64,000 bases of DNA from Candidatus Aenigmatarchaeota archaeon (GTDB lineage: Archaea; Aenigmatarchaeota; Aenigmatarchaeia; QMZP01), in assembly GCA_016198585.1 (NCBI GenBank), contig JACQII010000001.1, positions 153 to 64,152 on the forward strand. Reading direction: 5' to 3'. The position numbers and the translations under genes are program-made. Below, in pieces: positions 28,843 through 38,306 of this stretch (positions are counted from its first letter, which is position 1; each line of letters opens with the position of its first letter). Below the pieces are notes generated by a model. It did not search any database. It was not told the DNA's origin and worked only from the letters and a program-made list of their open reading frames with translations.

Positions 28843-29378
28843 CCGAACAGCTCCTTCGAGACCTGGCGGATAGTGCGTTCCCGGAAGGTCTCGAGAATCG
28901 TGTCAAAGCTGCAGTCGACCAACTGGTCGCCGGCCTCGAGGATGAAGCCGCCGGTCATCGGTCGCGTGGCCACCTTCAGGCCCTTGAACAGGGACGGGGC
29001 AAGCTTGGCATCTGCGGGATTCACGTAGACCTGCGTAGCTTCAACATCCTTCCTCACCTTGTCGTACAGGTCTTTCATGATCTCCTTCTTCTGCTCCTCA
29101 AGGCGCTCCGCGAACCGGCCGTACACTTCGTCAACGAGGCGTTTCTTCTCCAGGAGGATGGCCTGCTTCGCCTGCATGTTTGCGCGGGTCTTCTGGAGGA
29201 GATGGATGTGCTCGACCTCCGCTGCGGTCTGCTCGGTGATGGCTTTCTTCCGCTCGCCAACCCGTTTCCGCGCTTCCGCCTTCAGGGCCCGGGCCTGCTC
29301 CTCCGCTTCCTCGATGAGGTGCTCGGCGCGTTTCTGGGCGTCACGGAGGATGCCCTGCTCCAGTCTTTCGAGCGACAT
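28839..29378 (-). CDS. atpE: A/V-type ATP synthase subunit E
   Basis: MSLE... N-terminal coiled coil, GGFIL, DCSFDT; operon position. Confidence 0.9.
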   Translation of the reverse strand: MSLERLEQGILRDAQKRAEHLIEEAEEQARALKAEARKRVGERKKAITEQTAAEVEHIHLLQKTRANMQAKQAILLEKKRLVDEVYGRFAERLEEQKKEIMKDLYDKVRKDVEATQVYVNPADAKLAPSLFKGLKVATRPMTGGFILEAGDQLVDCSFDTILETFRERTIRQVSKELFG

Positions 29379-29380
29379 AC

Positions 29381-29602
29381 TCACGCAGCCGCCAAACCGA
29401 CGATCTGGAGGGCCACAACAAGCGCGAAAATGATAATGGTCTCCGGAATGACGGTCAAGATGAGCCCCTTACTGAACAGCTCCTGTTTCTCCGCCATCGC
29501 CCCGATTGCTGCAGATCCGATCTCCTTTTCTGCCCATGCCGTTGCCAGTGCGCCCATGCCGATGGCCGCCGCGGCGGCGAGTGGGACGAGTTCTGATGCC
29601 AT
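29381..29602 (-). CDS. atpK: A-type ATP synthase proteolipid (subunit K/c), single hairpin
   Basis: IGSAAIGAMAE...VIPET carrier Glu; strong SD GGAGGTGA. Confidence 0.95.
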   Translation of the reverse strand: MASELVPLAAAAAIGMGALATAWAEKEIGSAAIGAMAEKQELFSKGLILTVIPETIIIFALVVALQIVGLAAA

Positions 29603-29623
29603 GTCTTCACCTCCTGTCGTGTA

Positions 29624-31414
29624 TTATCTCCCGAAAGGGTTATAAGGTTTTCCATTTCCCCCGTAAAACTTGGTGAACATCTCGACATAGTGCAGCCGGA
29701 GCGACTGCAGGAAGGCGTCGATCAAGCCGATCATGATGTTGATCGCGTGGCCCATCACGAGCACGAGGACGCCGATCGCCAGGAAGGCCCCTCCCGCGGC
29801 GAACAGGTCGTCTGCCATGGTGTTCACGACGATCGCCAGCGAGGCCGAGGCCAGCCCCACGGCAGCGAGCCGCAGGTAGGACAGCACGCTGCTAATCAGG
29901 CCGGGGATCTCGATGAGTCCGATGACCCCTTCCCCCAGGAAGAGCATGATGACCGAGAGCAGGACCACGCCGAACCCGATCGTCCGGTCGATGAACGCCA
30001 TCCCGAAGAAGAAATCCACGATCAGCAGGATGCCCGCCGCCTCGAGCAGCATCCAGCTGCCCTTGGCCAGGATGGCCTTCCGCAGGCCGTGGGTGCGCAG
30101 CTCGTTCACGAAGCCGAAGACGAAACCGAGGTTGACGTGGACCAGGCCGAACACGAGCGAGACGAGCATCAGCTCATTGACGTCATGGGTCCGGTGGATG
30201 AACGGGACCAGCGGGATGCCGAGGACCTCCTCCGCCCCGAAGAACTCCCCGAAGACGTAGCCGAAGACCACGGTGAAGATCGAGGAAAGCAGGAAGATGT
30301 CGAATAGGCCGCGGTATTTCGGCATCCGCCATCGCAGGACCGAGAAGAGCGCGTAGAGGGCGAGCCCGTAGCCGATGTCGCCGAGCATCATCCCGTAGAA
30401 GATCGGGAACGACAGGAAGACCAGGAAGGTCGGGTCGATCTCACGGAGCTTCGGGAGCGAGTAGAGGTTGAGGAAGAACTCGAACGACCGGACGGCGCGC
30501 GGGTTCGCGAGCTTAGTCGGGCCATCCAGGGCATCTTCGACCGCGAGATAGGAAGAAGGCAGGCCGCCGAGCTGCTTCTGGACCGCTGCGGTCTGGGCGG
30601 TCGGGACCCAGCCGGCGATCAGGAACGAGTGCTCGCCCACGGCGAAGCGGAGCGGCGCCTCTGCTTTCCGGATCCGTTCCCGGAGCAGCCGCCTGCAGCC
30701 GGCGAGCTCCTTGCCGTGGGCCTTGCGCAACTCGGCCAGCCGCGCGTCAAGCGCCTTGCGGCGGGCCGCCACCGCGTCAAGCGCCTTCTCATGGACTCCG
30801 GGATTCTGGTCAACATGGTCGAACGCGTAAGGGATCCAGGCCTCAGCGAGGGCGGCTTTCACCTTGTCCCCCTCCTCCGCCTGCGACACCACCACCATCG
30901 GGTAGCCGTCTTTCCGCTTCTCCTCAGAAAAGACTTCCACGTCCAGGCTCCGGAGGGCGGTGAGGACCCGGCGCGGCGCGGTGGCGATGCCTGCCATCAC
31001 CGTGAGCCGGCGGGATCCTGCCAGGAGTGACGGGTCCCGCAGGCCGGTTGCGCGGAGGAACGCGATGTCCTTGACCCGCTTCTCGAGCGTTGCCGATTGC
31101 TGGTCCAGCGCCTCCCGCTCAGCCACGATGGCGGCCACCTGGGCCTTGAGCGTGGCGACCAGCCGCTCAGCTTCCCGGAGATCCATCGCCTTGGCCTCCG
31201 CGGCCGGCGGCAGATGGGAAGTGACGAATCCGAGGTCCAGCGACAGCCGGGAGAGCGCCTCCGCATCCGGGAGCGGCGTGCCGATCGGGAGGTCCTGGCC
31301 CCGGTGGGGATCGATATGCAGGAGCTTCAGGTCATAGAGGACCTCGATGGCCTTCTCGAGGTTGTTCTTCGGCGACGCCAGGGTGACGAACGACATTTTC
31401 TCCGGAGTAAACAT
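29624..31414 (-). CDS. atpI: A/V-type ATP synthase subunit I (a)
   Basis: EIDPT, GDIGYG, SYLRL, LRLHYVE motifs. Confidence 0.96.
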   Translation of the reverse strand: MFTPEKMSFVTLASPKNNLEKAIEVLYDLKLLHIDPHRGQDLPIGTPLPDAEALSRLSLDLGFVTSHLPPAAEAKAMDLREAERLVATLKAQVAAIVAEREALDQQSATLEKRVKDIAFLRATGLRDPSLLAGSRRLTVMAGIATAPRRVLTALRSLDVEVFSEEKRKDGYPMVVVSQAEEGDKVKAALAEAWIPYAFDHVDQNPGVHEKALDAVAARRKALDARLAELRKAHGKELAGCRRLLRERIRKAEAPLRFAVGEHSFLIAGWVPTAQTAAVQKQLGGLPSSYLAVEDALDGPTKLANPRAVRSFEFFLNLYSLPKLREIDPTFLVFLSFPIFYGMMLGDIGYGLALYALFSVLRWRMPKYRGLFDIFLLSSIFTVVFGYVFGEFFGAEEVLGIPLVPFIHRTHDVNELMLVSLVFGLVHVNLGFVFGFVNELRTHGLRKAILAKGSWMLLEAAGILLIVDFFFGMAFIDRTIGFGVVLLSVIMLFLGEGVIGLIEIPGLISSVLSYLRLAAVGLASASLAIVVNTMADDLFAAGGAFLAIGVLVLVMGHAINIMIGLIDAFLQSLRLHYVEMFTKFYGGNGKPYNPFGR

Positions 31415-31420
31415 GCGCCC

Positions 31421-31717
31421 TCACGACTCGAATGCCTTCCAGACGAGGTCAACAGCCGTGTCTGTCCGGGCCTTGAGGCGGGCGGGCTTCGGGGCTTTGG
31501 GAGCGGCCTGCCGGGCCTCCTCGAGGGTTGCCTGCTGCTCGGCAACCACCTTCTGCAGCTCGTCGCGCTCGTAGGCGACGGCCTGGTCTTGGGCCTTCTT
31601 GATGATGGCCTCCTTCCGCGCGAGCGCTTCTTCGACGACCTCTTTCGCCTTCTGCTCCGCATCCCGGATCTTCAGAAGTGCCTCTTCCCTGCCCTTCGGG
31701 CCAGGCGTGCCGCTCAT
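31421..31717 (-). CDS. atpH: A-type ATP synthase subunit H/G
   Basis: LLKIRDAEQKA coiled coil; first gene of the operon. Confidence 0.75.
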   Translation of the reverse strand: MSGTPGPKGREEALLKIRDAEQKAKEVVEEALARKEAIIKKAQDQAVAYERDELQKVVAEQQATLEEARQAAPKAPKPARLKARTDTAVDLVWKAFES

Positions 31718-31791
31718 ACCTGGATATTAGTCTCAGGGGAGTAATTTAAAGGTGCCGGTTTCCTTCGCGTCGCTCTGCATCTCCGGGTCGG

Positions 31792-32172
31792 TCAGCGTCC
31801 GATCTTCTCGATGAGGCGCGACATGGTCTCCAGCGCGATCAGCACCCGGGTGTTGCGGTCGTCGATGTGCCGGCGGATCTCCTCCAGCCGTTTCTGCAGT
31901 TCCTCGCGCGTCACCGCCTGCTTGTCGTCGCGGGCCCTCTGCAGCTCGCGGAGGGTGGCTTGTACGTCCGCAAGTTCCGCTCCGAGGCCGGCGAGCCTCT
32001 TGGCAGCCTCGTCCTGACGTTTCTCGAGCCCGCCGACGCGCTGCTCGGTCTCGGGCTTGCGGGAGAATGAGAGGAACGGCCGCTTCGCCGGCGCCGGCGG
32101 GAGCGGCAGCTTCGCGGGCTCTGGCCGTGCAATGGGCGCGCGCTTCGCGGCCGGCTTTGCCGTGCGGGGCAT
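31792..32172 (-). CDS. Hypothetical coiled-coil protein
   Basis: Pro/Ala-rich N-terminus then heptad repeats; TATA-like ATTAAG upstream. Confidence 0.65.
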   Translation of the reverse strand: MPRTAKPAAKRAPIARPEPAKLPLPPAPAKRPFLSFSRKPETEQRVGGLEKRQDEAAKRLAGLGAELADVQATLRELQRARDDKQAVTREELQKRLEEIRRHIDDRNTRVLIALETMSRLIEKIGR

Positions 32173-32207
32173 ACCAGAAGTTGGCAGGCGGCTTAATATT
32201 ACTTTGC

Positions 32208-34478
32208 TCAGGCGACCTTGCGCGCCTTGAGCGGCTTTCCCAGGGAGGCAGCATCAATCCAGAGCTTCCAGGCGTCCCAGACCTGGCGCGCGTCCGCCGC
32301 TCCGGCTTCCTGGCGGGCCCTCTCCTGCAGGAGGTGGAACTCCTGGTTGGCGCGGATCACCCAGGCCGCCTCGATCAGGTCGGGATTCTTCAGTTTCTCC
32401 GCGAGGCCGACCAGATATTCCTTCATCTTGGCGCGGAGGGTGATGTTGTCCCAGACGGCGGCCCAGTTGCCGGACCAGTCGCGCACGTACGATGCAATCC
32501 GGTTGAGGACCTGGCTCTCCCCGTTCAGCAGGACGTCCGTGGGCTTGAGCATGTCCTCCTTGCCTGAATACTCCATGAGGTTGACGAATCCGCCCTCCTT
32601 CACCGGGTCAGTTGACCATTCCTTCCGGACCTCGGTGATCTCGGTCATGCGCCGGAAGCGGTGCAGTCCATCCGAAGAGCGGAGCATCTTGCAGATCGGA
32701 ATGATGTCCGTCGCCTTGAAGCTCGTGGGCGGCACGTTCAGGTCGTTGACCACGCGGTCGAAGACCCCGTAGGCTGACTCCCCGTGGATCGTGCCCGCGA
32801 CCACGTTGCTCAGCGCGCCGATCCGCATCGCCTCGTACAGGGCGCGAGCTTCGACGGAGCGGACCTCACCGAGAATCAGGGCAGAGTCCCCCAACCGGAG
32901 GGCCGTCCGCAGGGCCTCGTCCGCGGGCATTTCAGTTTCGACGTGCGTCACGACCGACCGGGATTTCAGCGGCTGGATGTTGTAGTCGAACCCGCGCATG
33001 GTCTCGACCGGCAGCTCCAGCGTGTCCTCGATCGTGAGGATGCGGACCTTCGGGAGGATCTCCAGCAGCATGGCGCCCAGCATCGACGTCTTCCCGGAGG
33101 ACCGGCCGCCCGCGATCAGCATGCTGACCGACCCCTCGATCAGGAACGAGAGCAGGCCGGCCGCGAGCGGCGTGAGCATGCCGTTCTTGATGAAAAGCGG
33201 CAGCGTCCAGGGCTTCTCACGGTGGCGGCGGATCGCGAAACCCAGGCCGGCCGGGGAGAGGCTCTTGGTGATGACCGCGAACCGCGCCTTCCCGCCAGGC
33301 ACGGTGATGTCGAAGTCCAGAACCGGGTTGGACTCGTCGAGCGGGCGCCCGGACTCGATCCGGAGCCGGGTCGTCCAGGCTTCCGCGTCTTCCAGGGTCG
33401 GGATCAGGTTGGTCTTGCACTCCTCGAAGTCCTGGTGGAAGATCATGATCGGTTGCGTCTCGACCGGCGCGTTGATGTAGAGGTCCTGGACCTTCTCATC
33501 CGCGAGCAGGATCTCGAGGACCCCCAGGCCGGCTGTGTAGCGGGTCAGGATCACGGCCAGCTGCTCGCTTTCCTTGGACGTCAGCGGGACCCCCATCCTA
33601 TCCGCGGTCTCGCGGATCATGTCCTTGCCGATGTTGTAGAAGATGTCGCGCATCCGCTCGGACTTCACGAACTCAGGCGCCCGCGGCCGGTTCGCAGCCA
33701 TAAACTTCCGCGCGGCGTCCAGGACGGCGTAGGTCTCGTCGCCGAGCCGAAATTCAGGTGGGACGATGTGGTAGATCGCTCGCGTCTCCCCGGGCACGCG
33801 GAAGATCTCCACCTGCGCGTCGCCCACCATGTACCGGTCCAGGGAATGGCCGTCCTTCGGCGGCATGATCACGTAGCGGGTGAGCATGAAGTTGGGCCGG
33901 ATCGTCGGGGAGAAGAGCGACCGGTACAGGTCGCGCTTGCCGACGTGGTAGGCGGCGAGCCGGTCCTGAACTGCCCGGATCAACTGGGTGTCCGCGAGCA
34001 GCCGCTCGATCGGCTCGAGGCCCTCCCGGACGAGGTGGGTGTAGCAGGCCAGCTCCGCGGGCGACGCGGCGTGCTCCATGTGGACCCGCACCTCGCGGAG
34101 AGCCCGGCGGACCATGACATAAGCCCCGATGGGATCCTTCTTCAGGGCGTCGAAGACGATGTACTGGATCTTCCGGGACCAGTAACCGAGGAGACGGCTG
34201 CAGCCGGCCGAGAAGATCCGCGGGTTCTGGTGGATGCCCGCCTTGAGGATGGTCTCGATGACCTGCGCGATCTCCACGAGCATCGCGGCCTGCACGCCGT
34301 CATACTCGTACTCCCGCTCCTTGATGAGGACAATGCTCCGGACCTGCTTGACTTCCAGGAGGATGTCGATGACCCGGGCCATCGCCTCCTCGAAGTCCTC
34401 GACCGAGGCACCATACAGCGCGCCCAGACAGTTCACCCGCAGTTTGAGGCTGTTCTCATCGAACTCGTAGTCGGCCAT
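32208..34478 (-). CDS. Type II/IV secretion / pilus assembly ATPase (ArlI/TadA-like, large form)
   Basis: GGRSSGKT, TIEDTLE, ALRLGD...GEVRS, GTIHG motifs. Confidence 0.9.
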   Translation of the reverse strand: MADYEFDENSLKLRVNCLGALYGASVEDFEEAMARVIDILLEVKQVRSIVLIKEREYEYDGVQAAMLVEIAQVIETILKAGIHQNPRIFSAGCSRLLGYWSRKIQYIVFDALKKDPIGAYVMVRRALREVRVHMEHAASPAELACYTHLVREGLEPIERLLADTQLIRAVQDRLAAYHVGKRDLYRSLFSPTIRPNFMLTRYVIMPPKDGHSLDRYMVGDAQVEIFRVPGETRAIYHIVPPEFRLGDETYAVLDAARKFMAANRPRAPEFVKSERMRDIFYNIGKDMIRETADRMGVPLTSKESEQLAVILTRYTAGLGVLEILLADEKVQDLYINAPVETQPIMIFHQDFEECKTNLIPTLEDAEAWTTRLRIESGRPLDESNPVLDFDITVPGGKARFAVITKSLSPAGLGFAIRRHREKPWTLPLFIKNGMLTPLAAGLLSFLIEGSVSMLIAGGRSSGKTSMLGAMLLEILPKVRILTIEDTLELPVETMRGFDYNIQPLKSRSVVTHVETEMPADEALRTALRLGDSALILGEVRSVEARALYEAMRIGALSNVVAGTIHGESAYGVFDRVVNDLNVPPTSFKATDIIPICKMLRSSDGLHRFRRMTEITEVRKEWSTDPVKEGGFVNLMEYSGKEDMLKPTDVLLNGESQVLNRIASYVRDWSGNWAAVWDNITLRAKMKEYLVGLAEKLKNPDLIEAAWVIRANQEFHLLQERARQEAGAADARQVWDAWKLWIDAASLGKPLKARKVA

Positions 34479-34540
34479 CTCAGTATGTATTGTCTTTCCG
34501 CGTTTGATAAGCTTTTTATGGACCCCGGCCAAGGACTCTC

Positions 34541-34930
34541 ATGCCCGAGCGGAAGACGGTGGGCGCGGTCCTGAACAAGTTGATCGAGCGGGTCAACAGC
34601 GATATCCGCCGGTTGCGCGTTCTTGAGCAGGAATCCTCGCTCCTGAAGACGAGGCTCGCCGCCGCGGAGGACGAGATCCTCACCCACCGCCGGCAGCTCG
34701 AATCCGCCCTCGGGGAGGCGAACGCCCGCCAGGCCAAAGCCGAGGAGCGCGTCGCCGCGGTCGAATCCACGACAAAAGAGATCATCGCCCAGCTGAAGAA
34801 GGTCACCACGACCACCAAGATCAAGGAACTTGAGCAGCTGATCGACATCTACAACCCGATCAAGTCCCAGTTCGCCACCCGGGAGGAAGTCCGGGAAATG
34901 ATCAACGAGCGCCTCCGCACGCGTGGCTGA
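34541..34930 (+). CDS. Hypothetical coiled-coil protein
   Basis: Continuous heptad pattern; TTTTTATG box about 20 nt upstream. Confidence 0.7.
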   Translation: MPERKTVGAVLNKLIERVNSDIRRLRVLEQESSLLKTRLAAAEDEILTHRRQLESALGEANARQAKAEERVAAVESTTKEIIAQLKKVTTTTKIKELEQLIDIYNPIKSQFATREEVREMINERLRTRG

Positions 34931-35026
34931 CCCCGCTCGCTCGCCCGGCCGGGCGCCAGGCCCGCGGCCCAAAAGCCGCCGCCGGCACGCCCGACACCTT
35001 AATTAAAGAGGGACCCCAATAATAGG

Positions 35027-35779
35027 ATGATGTTCAAGCTTGGCAAGAAGGGCGCTCCCCGGGCGCCGGCGGCGGACCGGGTCGCTGACCTCTCCCGCCA
35101 GGGGTACGCGGACATGGAAATCATCCGCTCCCTCCGCAAGGAGGGCTACTCACCCGGCGAGGCCGACGCTGCCATGCGCCAGGCCGTCCGGACGGCGGCC
35201 GTCCCCTCGCCGCCCCGCCCAGAGCGCCAGGAGTACGACCAGGAGTTCTCCCGCATGCCGCGACCAGAGCCGGTCCCTGATTTCCCGGAACTCCCAGGCA
35301 TTCCCGCTCCTGAGCGGTCCTTTCCCGGCGACCGCCTCTCGAGCGAGCGCCTGCCCCCTGAACCACCCACACGACCTCCGCGCGACGCCCAGGAAGAAGA
35401 TCTCGGCTTCGAGGAGGAGTTCATCCCCCAGGTCGGCAAGAAGCCCGCGGGGCGCGGCGACCTGGAAGAAACCGTAGAAGGCGTGGTCGAGGAGAAGTGG
35501 ACCGCCTTCCAGCACGAGATCGAGGAGATCAACGAGCGGTTTGAGAAGGTCAACCAGCGGATCACCGCGATCGAGGCCAGCCTCGCCCAGTTCCGCGGCG
35601 TCAAGAAGGACGATGTCGAACACATCCGCGGGGCGATCGACTCCTACAAGGAGAGCATGGACGAGGTCTCGTCCCGGATGGAGGCCATGGAGCGCGCGGT
35701 CAAGGACAGCATGACCCCCATGATGCAGTCGCTCCGGTCGCTGTCAGACACCCTGCAGTCGATGAAGCGCGGAAGCTAA
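35027..35779 (+). CDS. Hypothetical protein (helical N-domain, Pro-rich linker, coiled-coil C-terminus)
   Basis: Host-like codon usage, own TATA box, clear domain pattern. Confidence 0.75.
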   Translation: MMFKLGKKGAPRAPAADRVADLSRQGYADMEIIRSLRKEGYSPGEADAAMRQAVRTAAVPSPPRPERQEYDQEFSRMPRPEPVPDFPELPGIPAPERSFPGDRLSSERLPPEPPTRPPRDAQEEDLGFEEEFIPQVGKKPAGRGDLEETVEGVVEEKWTAFQHEIEEINERFEKVNQRITAIEASLAQFRGVKKDDVEHIRGAIDSYKESMDEVSSRMEAMERAVKDSMTPMMQSLRSLSDTLQSMKRGS

Positions 35780-35840
35780 AGGATTATTTTCGCTCAGTTC
35801 TGGATGTCCCCTGGTATGGCGCAGTCGCAGGATCAGGGAC

Positions 35841-36410
35841 TTAGTGCGTGCCAGGAGCAGCCGCCGGCTTGGCGCCACCGCCGCTGCCCTCGTCACGGAG
35901 GAAGAACATCACGACCGCGAGGATCACGATGAAGAAGATGATCGTCCACCAGTCCGAACTGATCGACGCCGAGGGGAGCAGGAAGCCTGCGCCAGCTCCA
36001 AAGAAGATCAGCAACGCTGCAGCGACGATGAACAGCACGAAGATCCACTTCCAGCCCGAGGGCGCGAAGATGGTCTCGGTCTTGAACCCCAGCAGCCCGA
36101 GCAGGATGATCAGGAACAGGATGCCCGTGCCGGCCACGAGGCCCGCGCCGGAGATATTCTGCAGGAATGACACGATCCCGGGGTTGACCGAGGCGAAGAG
36201 CATCACGAAGAACGCCAGGATCAGCGAGACCAACCCAGCAGCGGACTTGGGCAGGCGGTCGCCGGCGGCGAACTTGATGACCCCGTAGAAGATCGCCAGC
36301 GCCAGGAGGAAGGGAAAGAGGAACTGGAAGAATCCGAGGCTCACCATGTTCGACAGCATTTGCTGGAAGCCGCCGAAGCCAACCCCGATTTGGAACAGTA
36401 CGGGCAGCAT
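35841..36410 (-). CDS. Hypothetical multi-pass membrane protein
   Basis: 5-6 TM helices; TTTATAAA box upstream. Confidence 0.75.
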   Translation of the reverse strand: MLPVLFQIGVGFGGFQQMLSNMVSLGFFQFLFPFLLALAIFYGVIKFAAGDRLPKSAAGLVSLILAFFVMLFASVNPGIVSFLQNISGAGLVAGTGILFLIILLGLLGFKTETIFAPSGWKWIFVLFIVAAALLIFFGAGAGFLLPSASISSDWWTIIFFIVILAVVMFFLRDEGSGGGAKPAAAPGTH

Positions 36411-36494
36411 AGATACGACTGTATTGGGGCCGTAACTTTATAAACCTTCGTCAGCAGCGTTCGCGCCTGCGTGAAACAGTCGCCGTCCAGGCCG

Positions 36495-36995
36495 TCAGCG
36501 TAGGCCGCGGCCCTTCCTGCCCGCGGAGGTGCGCCCACGATAGGTGCGCCCGCGGTGGGAAGCGTAGCGCATGAGCTGCCGGTCCGCCCGGATGACCGGA
36601 TGGTCGGGATCGATCAGGATGACCTCGAACCACTTCGTGACGCCGTCCTCCCCGACCCAGTAGCTGTTCACGATCTCCAGGTTGGGGAACTTGCGCGCGG
36701 CCCGCTGCTCGGCGATGCGCTGCTTGGACACTCCCGGAGCGAAGTAGTGGCCGAACGCCGCCGGCCGCCTGCCGCCGGCGGGGTGGGGACGCTTCCGCTT
36801 GCCGCGGACGACGCGGACGCGCGCGACCACGAAGCCCTGCTTCGCCTGGTAGCCGAGGGCGCGCGCGCGGGCGATCTTGGTCGGTTTCTCGACGCGCACG
36901 ATGGACGGCTCCTTGCGGAAGGCGATGAGCCTCTGCTTGTAGAGCCCGCCGAGCGACGCTTTCGGTTTCTTCCACATCTCCGCTGCGTGGTCCAT
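36495..36995 (-). CDS. rpl15e: 50S ribosomal protein L15e
   Basis: [30 protein letters not shown] motifs. Confidence 0.96.
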   Translation of the reverse strand: MDHAAEMWKKPKASLGGLYKQRLIAFRKEPSIVRVEKPTKIARARALGYQAKQGFVVARVRVVRGKRKRPHPAGGRRPAAFGHYFAPGVSKQRIAEQRAARKFPNLEIVNSYWVGEDGVTKWFEVILIDPDHPVIRADRQLMRYASHRGRTYRGRTSAGRKGRGLR

Positions 36996-37052
36996 ATGCA
37001 CAGTACTCGCGAAAGTATTTAAATCTGCCACCATAATAGCAGGGAGAGAGCT

Positions 37053-37334
37053 ATGCACGCAGCAGTCAAAGTCATCGCCGGCCTCATCGTGTTGGTGATC
37101 GGTCTTGCCCTGCTCGTGGACTCGGTCATCCCGCTGTCGGGACGCCAGGGAACCACGATCGGCGGCATCACCATCAACTGGTTCGACAACTTCGCCATCG
37201 TCGTGACCGGCGTCATCCCGATCCTCCTGATCCTGGTCGGGCTCTTCGTCGTCTGGCTCGAGGCTGATGAGCTGAAGGCGAGGAAAGAGATCGCCGAGCC
37301 TGAGCCGGCCAAGAAGGACGAGAAGAAGAAGTAG
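37053..37334 (+). CDS. Small membrane protein
   Basis: Two TM helices and a charged tail; TTTAAAT upstream, T-tract downstream. Confidence 0.7.
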   Translation: MHAAVKVIAGLIVLVIGLALLVDSVIPLSGRQGTTIGGITINWFDNFAIVVTGVIPILLILVGLFVVWLEADELKARKEIAEPEPAKKDEKKK

Positions 37335-37425
37335 TTTTTTGTTTTCTCTTTTTCCCTTTTCATGCGGTCCCAGCCCAAGGACGGTCGCATCGTCTCGCCT
37401 GTTGTCTGGGTGTCCTGAAAAGGGA
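37335..37425. terminator. T-rich terminator region between convergent genes, with a 10-bp inverted repeat
   Basis: Poly-T tracts at 37335-37360; TCCCTTTTCA (37353-37362) and TGAAAAGGGA (37416-37425). Confidence 0.5.
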
Positions 37426-38214
37426 CTATTTGGCGTCTTTCCAGACCTGGGAGAACAGCGGCGCGGCCATCGACTGGACGGCGTGTTCAGAGGTCGTCCA
37501 GAGGGCCATGTCCTGGCTCTCGTGGACCGTGTCTTCGGTCAGCGCCATCAGCAGGTGCTTCCCGTCGACGACCGCCACGCGGCCGACCGGGGCTCGGATG
37601 TTGCGCACGTCGGCCACTTCGGACAGCTGCTTCACGACCTTGTGATCCTTGAACGGCCCGGCGATCTTGATCTTGATGCCCCGCTTGGCGAGCTTCTTCA
37701 GGGTCCGGAAGTGGTTGCTATGGATGTCCGCCATGCCCTTTTCGGTCGTCAGAATCTCGACCTGGGCTGTCGCCTTCTTGAGCATGGACTGGAGCTGCAT
37801 GGTGATCAGCCGCGAGCCCTTCAGCGTCCCGGTCATATCCGTTGGTTGGATGAAGCTCAGGCCTTCGGTGTGGATCTTCTCGAGCTCGGTCAGGATCGTG
37901 GACTCGCTGACCCGGTCGATCCGGGAAAGGATCTCTTCGTGCTTCTTGGTGAGGACGTCCTTGGTGCGCTCCATGGCCTCCGACGGCTTCAGCGCGACGT
38001 ACTTGATCGGCTTGGAGTGCTGCACGATGACGAAACCCTTCTCGGCCAGCGACTCGAGGACATCATAGCTGCGGCTACGGGGGACGGCCGCGATCTCCGA
38101 GACCTCGGCTGCCGTGGCCACGCCTTTCGCCAGGAGCGCGACGTAGATGTTGCGCTCGTACAGGTTGAGTCCGATGGACTTGAGTGCGTCCAGGACCTCT
38201 GTTTTTGCTACCAT
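37426..38214 (-). CDS. TrmB family transcriptional regulator
   Basis: GLNLYE...[13 protein letters not shown] wHTH plus effector domain. Confidence 0.92.
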   Translation of the reverse strand: MVAKTEVLDALKSIGLNLYERNIYVALLAKGVATAAEVSEIAAVPRSRSYDVLESLAEKGFVIVQHSKPIKYVALKPSEAMERTKDVLTKKHEEILSRIDRVSESTILTELEKIHTEGLSFIQPTDMTGTLKGSRLITMQLQSMLKKATAQVEILTTEKGMADIHSNHFRTLKKLAKRGIKIKIAGPFKDHKVVKQLSEVADVRNIRAPVGRVAVVDGKHLLMALTEDTVHESQDMALWTTSEHAVQSMAAPLFSQVWKDAK

Positions 38215-38306
38215 ATCGTCACCATTTACTTTGCTGGCAGATGCTTAAATCCTTGCCGGCGTATGGAATTGACCGAAAGCTTTATAAAGCTTTCACTACG
38301 GCCTAG

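Noticed and set aside
25858-29028. 1056-aa plus-strand ORF and other long antisense ORFs (e.g. 11681..13432, 32784..34574, 38514..40262, 55078..56676)
   Set aside because: Shadow frames opposite well-supported genes. They are expected from high GC3 and have no recognisable motifs.
29381-29602. Na+-specific c ring inferred from the ET motif
   Set aside because: PET also occurs in proton-coupled proteolipids, so ion specificity cannot be called from sequence alone.
36495-36995. rpl15e pseudogene because of its short C-terminus
   Set aside because: The core is intact and only the basic tail is missing, consistent with a compact functional protein.
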